The translations under genes and the position numbers were made by a program. This document shows, in pieces, positions 49,265 through 61,399 of a DNA stretch of 64,000 bases; positions within the stretch are counted from its first letter, which is position 1, and each line of letters begins with the position of its first letter. A model generated the notes under the pieces. The model searched no databases. It worked only from the letters and a program-made list of their open reading frames with translations, and was not told the DNA's origin. The DNA lies in assembly GCF_001447785.1 (NCBI RefSeq), contig NW_015175997.1, positions 316,878 to 380,877 on the forward strand. The letters run 5' to 3'. Source of the DNA: Gekko japonicus. Taxonomy: Eukaryota.

Positions 49265-50306
49265 TGGTGGTCTTGGACTTGTAGTTGTAGGGGCAAATTC
49301 CACCTCTTGCAGAGAGGTTATTCATTCTGGCCTCTCCAGCTCTCGGGAGGGGCTCTTTAAAAGGTTATGGCCGCAGCTGTTCTCGGCAGCAGCAGCAACG
49401 CCCGCGCACGGGAGGAGGGGCGGGGCGAAACGGTCTCCTGCCTCCCTGAGCCCCAGAGTGCCGGGGTGGTGGCCTTGGACTCGTAGGGGCAAATTCCACC
49501 TCTCGCATGAGAGGTCATTCTGGCTCCCCCAGCTCTCCTTTAGGGCTCTTTAAAAAGTTATGGCCGCCGTTGTTCTTGGCGGCAGCAGCAACGCCGGGGG
49601 GGGGAGGGGAGGGGTGAAACATTCCCTTGCCTCCCTGAGTACTCGTAGGGGCAAATTCCACCTCTCGCGTGAGAGGTCATTCTGGCTATCCCAGCTCTCC
49701 TTTGGGGCTCTTTAAAAAGTTATGGCCACTGCCGTTCTCGGCGGCAGCAGCAACGACCGGGGTGTGTGTGAAACGTTCCCTTGCCTCCCTGAGCCCGGGG
49801 TGGTGGTCTTGGACTTGTAGGGGCACATTCCACCTCTCGCGTCTGATGTCTGAGCAGCGGACATCACACGCAAGAGGTCATTCTGGTTCCCCCAGCTCTC
49901 GATAGGAGCTCTTTAAAAAGTTATGGCTGCCACCGCTGTTCTCAATGGCAGCTGCAACACCCACCCGTGGGGGGGAGGGGAAGGGACCCGGTGGGGGGGG
50001 GGGGGAGGGGCGGGTCGAGACGTTCCCTTGCCTCCCTGAGCCCTGGGGTGGTGGCCTTGGACTTGTAGGGGCAAATTCCACCTCTTGCATTCCCTTGCCT
50101 CCCTGAGTCCAGGGGTGGTGGCCTTGGATTCGTAGGGGCAAATTCCACCTCTCGCGTGTGATGTCTGAGCCGCAACACCGCTTGGACATCACATGACTTG
50201 GACATCACATGCGATAGGTCATTCTGGCTCCCCCAGCTCTCGGGAGGGGTTCTTAAAAAAGTTATGTCCGCCACCGCTGTTCTGGTGGCGGCTGCGACGC
50301 CTGTGC
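49265..50306. repeat. GC-rich complex tandem repeat (~160-250 bp units) running into an assembly gap
   Basis: GGGCAAATTCCACCTCT core at 49291, 49487, 49649, 49821, 50069 and 50136. Confidence 0.9.
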
Positions 50307-50972
50307 NNNNNNNNNNNNNNNNNNNNNNNNNNNNNNNNNNNNNNNNNNNNNNNNNNNNNNNNNNNNNNNNNNNNNNNNNNNNNNNNNNNNNNNNNNNNNN
50401 NNNNNNNNNNNNNNNNNNNNNNNNNNNNNNNNNNNNNNNNNNNNNNNNNNNNNNNNNNNNNNNNNNNNNNNNNNNNNNNNNNNNNNNNNNNNNNNNNNNN
50501 NNNNNNNNNNNNNNNNNNNNNNNNNNNNNNNNNNNNNNNNNNNNNNNNNNNNNNNNNNNNNNNNNNNNNNNNNNNNNNNNNNNNNNNNNNNNNNNNNNNN
50601 NNNNNNNNNNNNNNNNNNNNNNNNNNNNNNNNNNNNNNNNNNNNNNNNNNNNNNNNNNNNNNNNNNNNNNNNNNNNNNNNNNNNNNNNNNNNNNNNNNNN
50701 NNNNNNNNNNNNNNNNNNNNNNNNNNNNNNNNNNNNNNNNNNNNNNNNNNNNNNNNNNNNNNNNNNNNNNNNNNNNNNNNNNNNNNNNNNNNNNNNNNNN
50801 NNNNNNNNNNNNNNNNNNNNNNNNNNNNNNNNNNNNNNNNNNNNNNNNNNNNNNNNNNNNNNNNNNNNNNNNNNNNNNNNNNNNNNNNNNNNNNNNNNNN
50901 NNNNNNNNNNNNNNNNNNNNNNNNNNNNNNNNNNNNNNNNNNNNNNNNNNNNNNNNNNNNNNNNNNNNNNNN
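50307..50972. other. Assembly gap (others at 14336-14395, 51169-51241, 58973-59068)
   Basis: Runs of N. Confidence 1.
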
Positions 50973-51379
50973 GATCTGTAATGTTCCAGAGGTGTTGTGT
51001 AATATTCAGTTTCTCAAACGAGTGTATGCTTGTCTATTGGTCCACTTAGGAGTCTTGATCCTGGTTGTGTGGTGGGCTAGTTGTGGCAAATGGTAGGGAA
51101 GCTCAGTATTTCTGTATACAGTTGTAGGGGCTTTATTGCAATGTGGTATGGCCTGATATTATGTTCTTNNNNNNNNNNNNNNNNNNNNNNNNNNNNNNNN
51201 NNNNNNNNNNNNNNNNNNNNNNNNNNNNNNNNNNNNNNNNNGGGGCAATGGAAGCTGAGTGATAGGGTCTCTCCAAGTGATTGCCAGAAGTGAGATGTGT
51301 CCTGGTCTTGTGTCTTACAGATAATCTTACAAATAGTCCTTTGCATTTATATCATGCTTTCAACTTTAAAAGGATCATA

Positions 51380-51640
51380 ATGCTGATTGTGTGAATTTAG
51401 GCAAATCACGAGAAGTAGAGCAGGAAGGGTTGCATCAGTGCTTAGTTCTTGTGGCCCTTTTTTACAGGCCCAGGGAAATGCTGATCACCACTTTGGGGCC
51501 AGGAAGCAATTTTTCTCCAGGCCAGTTACAGGGGTCACTGGGGTGTGTGGGGGGTATTGGTGAATTTCCTGCATTGTGCAGGGAGTTGGACTAGATGACC
51601 CTGGAGGTCCCTTCCCACTCTATGAGTCTATGATTCTATA
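51380..51640 (+). mobile_element. CR1 LINE 3' UTR
   Basis: GTTGGACTAGATGACCCTGGAGGTCCCTTCC..TATGATTCTAT tail. Confidence 0.8.
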
Positions 51641-52107
51641 ATTCACCCAGGCTGGCTGTGGGCACCCCAGCACCTCTGTCAGGCAGAAGCGTCTGAGATC
51701 CTCCCCCTCCCCTTTTCCTTCACCCGACTTGGAGGCAAAGGGAAGGGAGAGGGCCGAAAGAATGGATCCCAGGTGCTTCTGCCTGTCAGAGGGGCTGGTG
51801 CACACTTCCAGTGATGTCAGGGGGAGTGGCATATGCTAATAAGTTAGTTGGACTAGATGACCCTGGAGGTCCCTTCCCACTCTATGAGTCTATGATTCTA
51901 TAATTCACCCAGGCTGGCTGTGGGCACCCCAGCACCTCTGTCAGGCAGAAGCGTCTGAGATCCTCCCCCTCCCCTTTTCCTTCACCCGACTTGGAGGCAA
52001 AGGGAAGGGAGAGGGGGGAAAGAATGGATCCCAGGTGCTTCTGCCTGTCAGAGGGGCTGGTGCACACTTCCTGTGATGTCAGGGGGTGTGGCATATGCTA
52101 ATAAGTT
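51584..52107. repeat. 262-bp tandem duplication
   Basis: Units start at 51584 and 51846; ~4 mismatches; AGTT at the junction. Confidence 0.92.
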
Positions 52108-52152
52108 ATGTTAATGAGCTCCTGCAGCTCTTTTTCTACGAAATGACCCCTG
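52030..52152. mobile_element. 3' end of a hAT MITE (family of 9561-9974)
   Basis: ACTTCC..GTGATGTCAGGGGGTGTGGC..TTTCTACGAAATGACCCCTG. Confidence 0.75.
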
Positions 52153-53301
52153 GATATAACTAAACGTGATATTGCTAAATTCAAGCAGCCTGAACCTCTG
52201 TGTGTTTACCCAAAGCAAGTCCAATTGAATTCCTGGGTTTACTTTACTTTAACTGTACATAGAATTGCAGCCTAAAATAAAAGAAGGGAGGCTATTTTAT
52301 TCAAAGTCAGGAAAAATTGTTATAAGGATTTTGGGGCAAGGGGTTTCATCCAAACGTGTTTTCTAAAAGGAGAGAATTGATGTTTTCTTCCTGATAATTT
52401 AAGCTTTAAATATCAAATATAAATTAAGTAGCAGAAGCAAAGGAATGGAGACACTGGGTTTTAATTCTGTGGGCAAAAAGTGATACAAAGCCCTGAAAGG
52501 GATTTATACTTCCCAAGATGCATCCTCATGACTGCATTGATTCTCTAAGTAGTCAAGTTTTTGTGCCTCCCAACCCTTTTGTCAAATTTGTGTTAGTGTT
52601 ATTAAAAAGGCCTTAATATTTTCAAAGCTCATGTTTTCAGCTCCTTTTACAATAGTGCCTGCAATACAATACAATAGTTTACAATAGTGAACCATAGCAA
52701 AAGTAGAGCTTACCTCCTGCAGGAAATTCTTACATTTCAAAAAACAAAAAATGCAATCTCTCTGAACTCTTTGCTTGATGGGGGGGGGGCGGGGGGCGGG
52801 GGAGCAAACAACAGAATGCTGAGACAAGAAAAGCGCATGTCTGTATTCCTGCCTCCTTATGCTGAGGCCTGTGCAACTGGAGAAAGCAGAGCTCTGATTG
52901 GGTAAGAAGGGCTGTCTATTTGGCTGTCCTATTCCCACTTCCTTGCATCTCTTAGCTGCTCAGTTAGAAAACACTGGTTATTTATATGCCTGATATTTTC
53001 TCACTTGCTTTCCTGGACAGAAAGGACAAAGAACACTGACAATTGATGAGGCCTGAAAAATGTTTGGTGGGGCATTGATCCTGTTTGCCCCATGTGGCTA
53101 GAGGCCTGGGTGGGAGCTTTCGCAAGTTCCCATTGCCAGATAATTGATGAGGATTTTGAACCTTGATCTCCCAAGTCCAAGTCCAACATCCACATCTTTT
53201 ACAATAGTGCCTGCAATACAATACAATAGTTTGCAATAGTGATCTATGGCAATAAAATTGGAGCTTACCTCCTGAAGGAAGTTCCTACATTTCGAAAAAT
53301 A

Positions 53302-54785
53302 AGAGCCAGTTTGGTGTAGTGGTTAATTATTATTGTTATTATTACATTCCATTTATTTATTTATATTTATTTATTTATACGTTCAATTTATAGACCACTC
53401 TGACCTGAAGGTCTCAGAGTGGTTTACAGGCAGGTCGCAAGTGCAAATTTACTCCTAATCTACGGCCACATAATACAGGGGGTGGGGCTACCTACCGGCA
53501 CCCAGGTGGCGGGCTAGTTGTTCTTCCGGCTTCCGGCTTTCTTTTTTCCTTCAGGTGGCCCATTTTGGGGTCAGCGTCCCACTTTTCCGGTGTTCAGGAG
53601 CAGGTCCTCCAGCTTGTGGTCTCCTGGTGCGCGGCCCCGTGTCAGTCTCGGCCCGGCTTATGTCCACATTTGGCTCCGCTGCGCCTGCGCCTCCACGTCA
53701 CCGTGTCTTCTTTATAAAGTCCGGATAAGTCCTCTACGCCACATCCATTTCCTTAATCAAGTCTTCTTGTTTGTAATCCATTAGTGGGCCAAGGCAACCG
53801 CCAAGAGTTCCTTTAGATCCTCATTCTTATCCTCAGGTATTCCATGGAAACGTAGAACTTACATGGATCTTTCCAGCTGGAGCTGGATTAGTTGCGTTTT
53901 ATCCGAGGATCTCTCCTTCTCTGCTTCATCCACTCTTTTATTAATACTCTCAGTCTGTTTTTCCATCTTTTTGAACGTTTCTCCAGCTTGTGGTCTCCTA
54001 GCGCGTGGCCCCGTGTCAGTCTCGGCCCGGCCTATGTCCGCATTCGGCTCCGTCGCACCTGCGCCTCCACATCACCGTGCTCCTCCGTGACTCCACCTCC
54101 ACCTCCGCTTGGTCTCGCCGCACGATGTTGCTCTCCATTGGCCACCAGGGATCGTCTCGCCACCGCTCCACCGCCATTGCTGCCATCGTCGCCGCTGCCG
54201 CCGCTGATGTCTCCACCACACCACACACCTCACGGAGGAGGGTGCCCCCTACCCTCTAAGGCAGGTACCCATTTATCTACTTGCTCCATTTTACTTTTGC
54301 TTTTGAACCGCTGGGTGGGTGGAATCTAGGACTAGGGCCGGGAGCTGACCCCGGCCACGGTGGGTCTTGAACAGCCATAGTGGCTGTTCGTTGTTGTTAC
54401 TGCAGGCGTTTAGCTGTGGAGCTCTAGGTGATGTACAAAATTCTAAAAGCATAAAAACATAAAACCATACACAACAACATACAGTAATTAAAAAAACAAG
54501 CGCCGAAAATTTTGTGGCGGACTCTAATCTGGGAGAGCCAGGTTTGATTCCCCACTCCTCCACATGCAGCTGCTGGTGTGACCTTGGGTCAGTCATAAGT
54601 TCTCTCAGAGCTGTTCTCTCAGGAGCAGATCTCAAAAGAGCTCTCTCAGCCCCACCTACATCACAGGGTGTCTGTTGTGGGGAGGGGAAGGGAAAGGAGA
54701 TGGTAAGCTGCTCTGGGACTCTGAGGGAAAGGCGGGGTATAAATCCAATCTCCTCCTCCTCTTCTTCTCCTTCATCATCTTCTTT
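53302..54785 (+). mobile_element. Squam3-type SINE split by a ~1.19-kb composite insert (53327-54513)
   Basis: Head AGAGCCAGTTTGGTGTAGTGGTTAA at 53302-53326 resumes as GTGGCGGACTCTAATCTGG at 54514. Confidence 0.8.
53706..53980 (-). mobile_element. L1 ORF1 fragment (coiled coil and start of RRM)
   Basis: Minus strand KMEKQTESINKRVDEAEK..VLRFHGIPEDKNEDLKELLA..EMDVA.RTY..RRH. Confidence 0.7.
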
Positions 54786-55122
54786 GTCTTCTAAAATGCA
54801 GTCTCTGAACTTTGTTATTTGCTAGGTAAGACAAACCACCTTGAGGCTGCTTGCGGGGAGGGCGGTATAAAAGCCTAATACATAAATAAATAATCACTAC
54901 TGTGTGTTGACTCCAGTCCTTACGATAGAAATTAGAGTGTATTTCTTTTTACTCCACAGGGTTTCAAGTAATGAGGAGGAGTAGCTTCTTCCCTGTACTA
55001 GTCTAAACCCTTAGTAGATCAGAGCAGCTTTTCCCTCCCGGGTCACTGCAGGGTAGGAGTGGGACAGAGCTGCTGCTGCTGCTTCTCGGTTATCAGATGT
55101 GGCTGCAGATTCTGTAGGTGAC

Positions 55123-55328
55123 CAGTGTTCCCTCTAAGCTGAGTTAGTGTGAGTTGGCTCACAGTTTTTTAGCCTCCAGCTCGCACATTTTTGTCTTAGC
55201 CCAGGAAAGATGGCTCCAGAGCAAACTGATTTCTGCAGTAGCCAAATCGCTCGCTCACAACTTTAATGCTGGCAGCTCACCAAGTGGAATTTTTGCCCAC
55301 AAGACTCCACAGCTTAGAGGGAACATTG
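55123..55328. mobile_element. hAT MITE, 206 bp
   Basis: TIRs and perfect 8-bp TSD TAGGTGAC. Confidence 0.93.
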
Positions 55329-56390
55329 TAGGTGACCCTGATTAGCTGCCACCATTAATGAAGAAATCATTCAGTATGTCTGACAAAACAGAGTTTTTAT
55401 TTAGTTAGAAAATGTATATGCAACCTCTCCAAAGACCTGCTTGAGGCAGCTTACAATTAAAACAACAAAACAAGACGAAGCCATTAAAAAGAAGGTAGGA
55501 GATTAAACAGTCCTCAGACCAAAGGCAGACCATAAAAACAGCTTAAAAAATTGAAAACCCTTTAGTTAAAAGCCTGGGTAAAAAGGCAAATGATTTATGT
55601 GATCTGAAGAGAAACCAGAGGGACTGAAAATAAGATCTCAGCTGGCAGTCTGGAAAATAGGGTAGAGGCAGACCTTCAAGTATTTTGGCATTCCCTACAG
55701 ACTTTCTGTTTTGTGGGGAGAGGGATTATGTTGGGCCTTATTTTGTTGGTTTTTAAATTGTGATATTTTTAATTTTATTATTCACCTTAAGCCACAAGGA
55801 AAGGTGAGGTATAAATATTTAAATAAATAAATAAATACATGAGCAGATGATTACTGCACTGTGAGATGCATGATGCAGACAGTTCTATGACAAAGTATGT
55901 CCCTGGGGAGAACATCTAATGCAAATTAAGGCAGTTTGCAAATCTGGCTCTTGTTAACCCATGGTAAAATAATGAGAGGGCCATACTTGTTCTGCAAAGC
56001 AAGATTGGTTCTTTCCCCCTAATACATTTGAACAGAGCTGTTTCAAAATGTATTTTAAAATTAATACAGCCTACTCATATTCACTTTTATTAGATTTTTT
56101 TGTCTGAATGTGGCAGAGAGGGCAACAATATTTTAAGTACTAATTTTGAAAATTCATGATTAAATGTAAACAGGTTCTGATGAGTGCTGTCTTTGTGAAT
56201 GTAACCAAGGCAACAATAAACAAGCCCAAACAAGTTGAGAGTTGCTTATTTCATGTCTGCAGGCCTCTGTGGAGATTTCTGCTTTGGGGGCCTTGGCTGG
56301 ATAGAAAGACTCTTTGGCATCTCCCAAACTAATTCTGTATTCCAAGAAGTTATTTAGGGCCTCATTTACAGAATGCAAGGGGGTATCCCC

Positions 56391-56592
56391 TAGGGATGCC
56401 AGCCTCCAGGTGGGACCTGGGGATCCCCTGGAATTACAGCTGATCTCCAGACTACAGAGAGCAGTTAACCTTGAGAAAATGGATGCTTTGGAGGCTGGAC
56501 TCTATGGCATTGTACCCCACTGAGGTCCCTGCCCTCCCCGGGCTCCATCCGCAGATCTCTATGAGTTTCCCAACTTGGATCTGGCAACCCCA
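56391..56592. mobile_element. hAT-like MITE (18-236 family)
   Basis: Perfect 8-bp TSD GTATCCCC. Confidence 0.88.
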
Positions 56593-58280
56593 GTATCCCC
56601 TTGTGTTTCTGATGAAATCCTCTCCTTCCGAAGTACCTCTATTTCTGGCCAATGTGCTTGATCTACGTACAATTGTTATAAAATGAAATGCGTTTATGTA
56701 CTAGACGTGCATGCCAAATGCACAAATCCCTTTGCTCAAAAAAGGAGAAGACTGGGAGGATTGCAGGACTGTCTCTGTTACGAGACACAAGAAGGGAATT
56801 AAAGAGGCTGCACGGGGAAGAAAAAAAACCCTAATCTCCCTCAGTTTCTCCTCCCGTATCTGGCTCTGGTTTCCCACTGTATCCCTTCATTGTTCCAGCT
56901 CACCTGCCCTTCCTGTTCACCTACACACCACTGCCCCAGCACAAGGGCAGAGGAAGGAAGGCAGGCAGGCAGAGGGAGATGAGCCAGAACACACACGAGT
57001 TATTCTTCTGGGCATCCAGTGATCCTTTGGTCATTTCAGTTAGTAGCATTACTTCTACAAGGATTTATAATCCATTTAGCAGTTAAAATTGGTATGTATG
57101 TTATTTGGTAGTACTTGTATTGCTTCCCATACATCTCATGGGAGTTCTTTAAAAAGCCTTGAACAGTAGGCTGTTACCTCTGTGCTCAGGCTGCAGATGG
57201 GAGCGGAGGCGAAGAGAAGTGGCTTCTCTATTTATCTATTATTTATTTAATCATATGGCAAAGGCGCTTAATAAATTAATGATCAAGACTAGATTTAAAC
57301 AAAGAGCTTGATCTCTTGCGTCTTCATAATAATATTGTAAAGATGGTCACTCCTGCTCCCATTTTGAAATGGGAAACTTATAAACAGAGGGACCAAAAGT
57401 GACTCACAAATCCCACACCATGGGATCTTGATAAAGCTGGAATTTAAACACAACTTGAGATTTCTGGCGTAATCAAGACATTTGCTCTGTATCTTCAGCC
57501 ATTTGTAACCTGCTTAATGATACAGAAAGGTGTCAAGTCCCTACACCTGATTTATTATACTTGTCCTCTCCTCTCTCTGCTCAACTCGTCCCTTTCTGTA
57601 ATTTTCTATAAACCTCTTGTATCTAAAGAAGTGAGCTCTTTGTCATGAAAACTCCTATTGAAATAAATGTTAGTGTTGAAGGTGCCACTGGACTTCTGTT
57701 TTATTTTAGGAGTTGTTCTTTGGATCAATGAAATCAAAGGGCCTTTACCTGTAAACAAGCATGTTTAGATAGTTTGTCGATCAGCCTGAGATAGCCAGCT
57801 CACCACTGACCCTTGCAGGCTAGGAGGGTGCCTGCTGGACGGATTGACTTTTATTAATAGAGAATGTTTAGGTTTTTTTATACATGTTTTTATACAGGTT
57901 ATGGACAAGGAAAGGAAACAGAAGTCCGGGAAAATGCAGGTGCATGCAAATACATCAAATGGGGTGGAAAACTGGGTTGAGGCACACAAATGGACATTTA
58001 GGGGGTTTAGAGTCCCGAAGAGGACAGTCCATGACTCAGACAGCAGGACAAGCCACGCTCTCTTTTTGCTGGTGGTGCCTGGCCAGTCTTCATCATCCTC
58101 TGCTTGCAGCTTCCAGGCATTGGTCCTGGACTTTTCAGGTGTCTTTTCTGGGTGCAGGGAGTCCTACCTGGGTGTCGCATCAGTGCTGCTGACTTGAGGG
58201 TGGCCGCTGCAGTGATACTCAAGATCCAAAGTAACCAAAGAGTCTTGTGACACCATGACAACTAACACATTTATTAAAGA

Positions 58281-58426
58281 TTGAGTCAAGTTGCATCTTT
58301 GAGACCAACAAAGTTTTATTCAAAGCGTAACCTTTTTGTGTGCAAGTCTGAAGAAGTGTGTTTTGCACACAAAAGCTTACACTTTGAATAAAACTTTGTT
58401 GGTCTCAAAGATGCCACTTGACTCAA
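58281..58426. repeat. Penelope-terminus-derived long inverted repeat
   Basis: ~63-bp arms around a CTGAAGAAGTGTG loop. Confidence 0.8.
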
Positions 58427-58679
58427 ACTTTGTTCTGCAGCTTCTGGCCAACACAGCTACCCACCTGAATCTACATTTATATGAAAGCATATGCTTTGAG
58501 CAGCCACAGCCCGATTAGATCCAAACCATTTCTGAACATGTTGGGCCAATCGTGCAGATAGCCTACTATAGAACTGGAAGGGGTCCCACAGCGACATTAA
58601 AGAATCATAACCATAGTCCAGTTCCATCATCATCATCAGCAGTATTATTTCAATCCACTCAGCTGTCCCCTGATCTGGT

Positions 58680-59350
58680 CAAGCAACGCCTTCCTCTCCC
58701 TCGTTTGGGTCGTCACGTGCGCTAGGGTGTGGAAATCGAGTTGTGTGTCTGTGTGGACGGGGGTAACACATTAGGGGGTGGAGTTGGGGAAAGTTCAGGC
58801 ATGTGACTCTGAGGCTGCTGCTCGCATTACATCACTGCAACTTAAGCCAAGCGGCTCCCCCCAGGTCCAGAAGTAAACGCCGCGGGGTTGAAGCTGACAG
58901 TCCCGGTGTGTACGCCAAGTCTGTCTGTCTGTCTGTCTGTCTACCCCCCCCCCCCCCGCTGGTTCTCGTCCTNNNNNNNNNNNNNNNNNNNNNNNNNNNN
59001 NNNNNNNNNNNNNNNNNNNNNNNNNNNNNNNNNNNNNNNNNNNNNNNNNNNNNNNNNNNNNNNNNNNNTGCGGACATTCCTGGAGTTGCTGTTGCTGACG
59101 GGTAACCTCTTTCTCACACGATCTCCCTGGGCAACCTAGGCATTTGGTAGCGTTTACTCGGGAGTCTGCAGCTCACCTTCGTAGGGTCTCCCGTATGTTC
59201 TCTGCGGTACCTTTCTCATTAATTCCTTCTCATGAACACTTGAGGTGCCGGAATAAAAACCACCTGCTGGTGCTGAGGCAACATACACGTGTATTTGTGC
59301 GTATGAATAATAAGGGCTGTCCGGTCAGAAAGCAGTCTATTCAGGACCTT
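58680..59350 (+). promoter_or_regulatory. CpG-rich promoter-like region, possibly a first non-coding exon (NR1H3 expected by synteny)
   Basis: CpG cluster, GTCACGTG E-box at 58712, GC-rich gap, candidate donor G|GTAACC at 59101/59102. No coding exon lies in the window, so the identity is inferred. Confidence 0.45.
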
Positions 59351-59819
59351 TTCTGATTTCGTCCTGTTTGAAAGCGCAGGTTAAAGAGCTGTTGAACTCT
59401 GGCTTTGATTCGTCAGAAAGGGGACATCTTCCAGATTGCTTACTTTTGCTCAGCAGCTGTGACCAGCTGTATCTACTGAAGGGCAGGTAAAGAGCGGCTG
59501 AATGTGATTTTTGTATGTTTTCAAGGCATCGTTGTGATTGTGAGCACAAAGTGTTTTAAAAAGTATTTTGGATTTTTTTTAAATTAGCAATGCATCCTTG
59601 AATTTGTGCCTCAAGCTGCCTTCCTATCCACGATTACTTGTGAGTAAACCCTGTAACAGCACAGTGGGCTGGGCGTAAATGTGGCTGCAATCCTAGGTGC
59701 AGTTATTTGGAAATAAGTCTGATTGAATTCTGGAACACTTGTTTCTGAATACATTCACCCTGGGCAAGGCTATAAAGCCACATCCTGCCTGTGTAGTCTT
59801 TTGTGGGGGGTGGGGGTGG

Positions 59820-59912
59820 AGAGTGCTGTCAAGTCGCAGCTGACTTATGGTGACCCTGAATGGTTTTCAAGGCAAGAGTTGTTCAGAGGTGGTTTGGCAT
59901 TGCCTGCCTCCA
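59820..59912 (-). mobile_element. SINE/RTE-type tail fragment
   Basis: AAGTCGCAGCTGACTTATGGTGACCC..GGTGGTTTGGCATTGCCTGCCTC, the reverse of the tail in the 5S-derived SINEs. Confidence 0.6.
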
Positions 59913-61126
59913 TGGAGGGGTGGATAAGGAGAAAATGAAAAGTGGGTATTGCAGAAAAAACTTTCATCAACTGCATAATCTTGTCATGTGTCCAGAAAGA
60001 TGATAATTGTAAGAGGACTGGGACAGGGGGTCAGATATGATCATATTAGTATATAGTAGTGTGACAATGTGCAATTAAAACACTGTGACAGATCTGCCAT
60101 CATGGAACCAAAAGAATGCACACCTGCTTTACTTGTCATCTTTTCACCTGCGCCACCTCTGCAATATGAGGAGAGAGGGAACAAGTGATGATAGTCTTTT
60201 GCCCACAGCCTGTTCAAGCCTGGAACCAGGTCTGCAGAGTTATTTGGTGTGCAACACCAACTCTACTTTAGCCTGGGAAATGGGGGTTCAAATGCCTTCA
60301 AGCATGAACTCCCTTGATGGCTTTGGTCCAGTCACTACCTTTCTGTTGTTTGTAAAGAAAGAGATAATAGTGTACATTTACTCATTCAGAATGAGTAATG
60401 AATGCAGAAATGAATATGGAATGGAAGATATTGGTAAATATTGGTAGAATGATGTTCAGGAGTAGTTCACATGCAGACACTAGCTATAAATTTGGTCTTT
60501 GTCTTCTAATGTGCTGCTGGTATCCAGCATTTCGGGCTAGTGTGTCAGAAGTCAAATCCACACCCTACAATACATATGCCTCTGGAGGGTCAAGATAATC
60601 CTGTCTCCAGGGAGCAGGCAGTAGTGTTTAGAGGAGATGCTCGCAGCATGCTTGATTTCATTTATTTATTTAAATCTTCATATATCAGCTTTCTGCTTGG
60701 AAACTACAGGCCTCCAAGGTGGCTGATAATAAAAAAATGATGCAATAAACAAAATAAAACCATCAGGCAGCAAAAATAGATTAAAATTTTAACATAAGGG
60801 GTTTTTAACCATTTCAAAAGGATTCACATCAAAAAGAGTCTATGGTGCATACAGTTCTTTGTCTCCCCTCCCCCAGTTTCCCTAAAAAAGATCTTATGTT
60901 GTCTGTGGAGAGAAAAGAAGTTGTATTCAAGCTTTCACCATGAAACCACCATAAATAACGGGTACTAGCGAAGAGTGATGGTTTCATGTACTTCTGTAAA
61001 TTTCCCAGAATCATCAGGATGGTCGTGCTAGAATGAATGTTGGAGTAGATGGATCTTTGATCTGATCGTCATATCTTTGGCCTGATCTGATTTTCTTTAT
61101 GTATTCATTCCTTTCCCCCCTTCTAT

Positions 61127-61380
61127 TAGGGTTACCATATTTTGAAAAGCAAAAAAGAGGACATATTTCCCGACTAACTATTTCAAACAAATGATCACTA
61201 TGACTAACCTAATTTTAAATACCCCTACTATTTAAGCTCTGATAATTGTTACTAACCTTCCGACCCCAAAAGAAAACATTTTAATCAGTTTTTTAAAAAA
61301 GAGTCCAAAAGAGGATGGATGGACACATGCACATGCACAAAAGGACAAGTCGTCTGAAAGGAGGACATCTGGTAACCCTA
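61127..61380. mobile_element. hAT-like MITE (TAGGGTTACCA...TGGTAACCCTA)
   Basis: TIRs; imperfect TSD CCTTCTAT/CCATTTAT. Confidence 0.75.
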
Positions 61381-61399
61381 CCATTTATATCACCACTGA

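Noticed and set aside
49265-50306. CRISPR-like array
   Set aside because: Eukaryotic context, the inter-core sequences are homologous rather than unique spacers, and there are no cas genes.
50193-51049. Long ORFs of 262 and 283 aa
   Set aside because: Artefacts of translating through N gaps.
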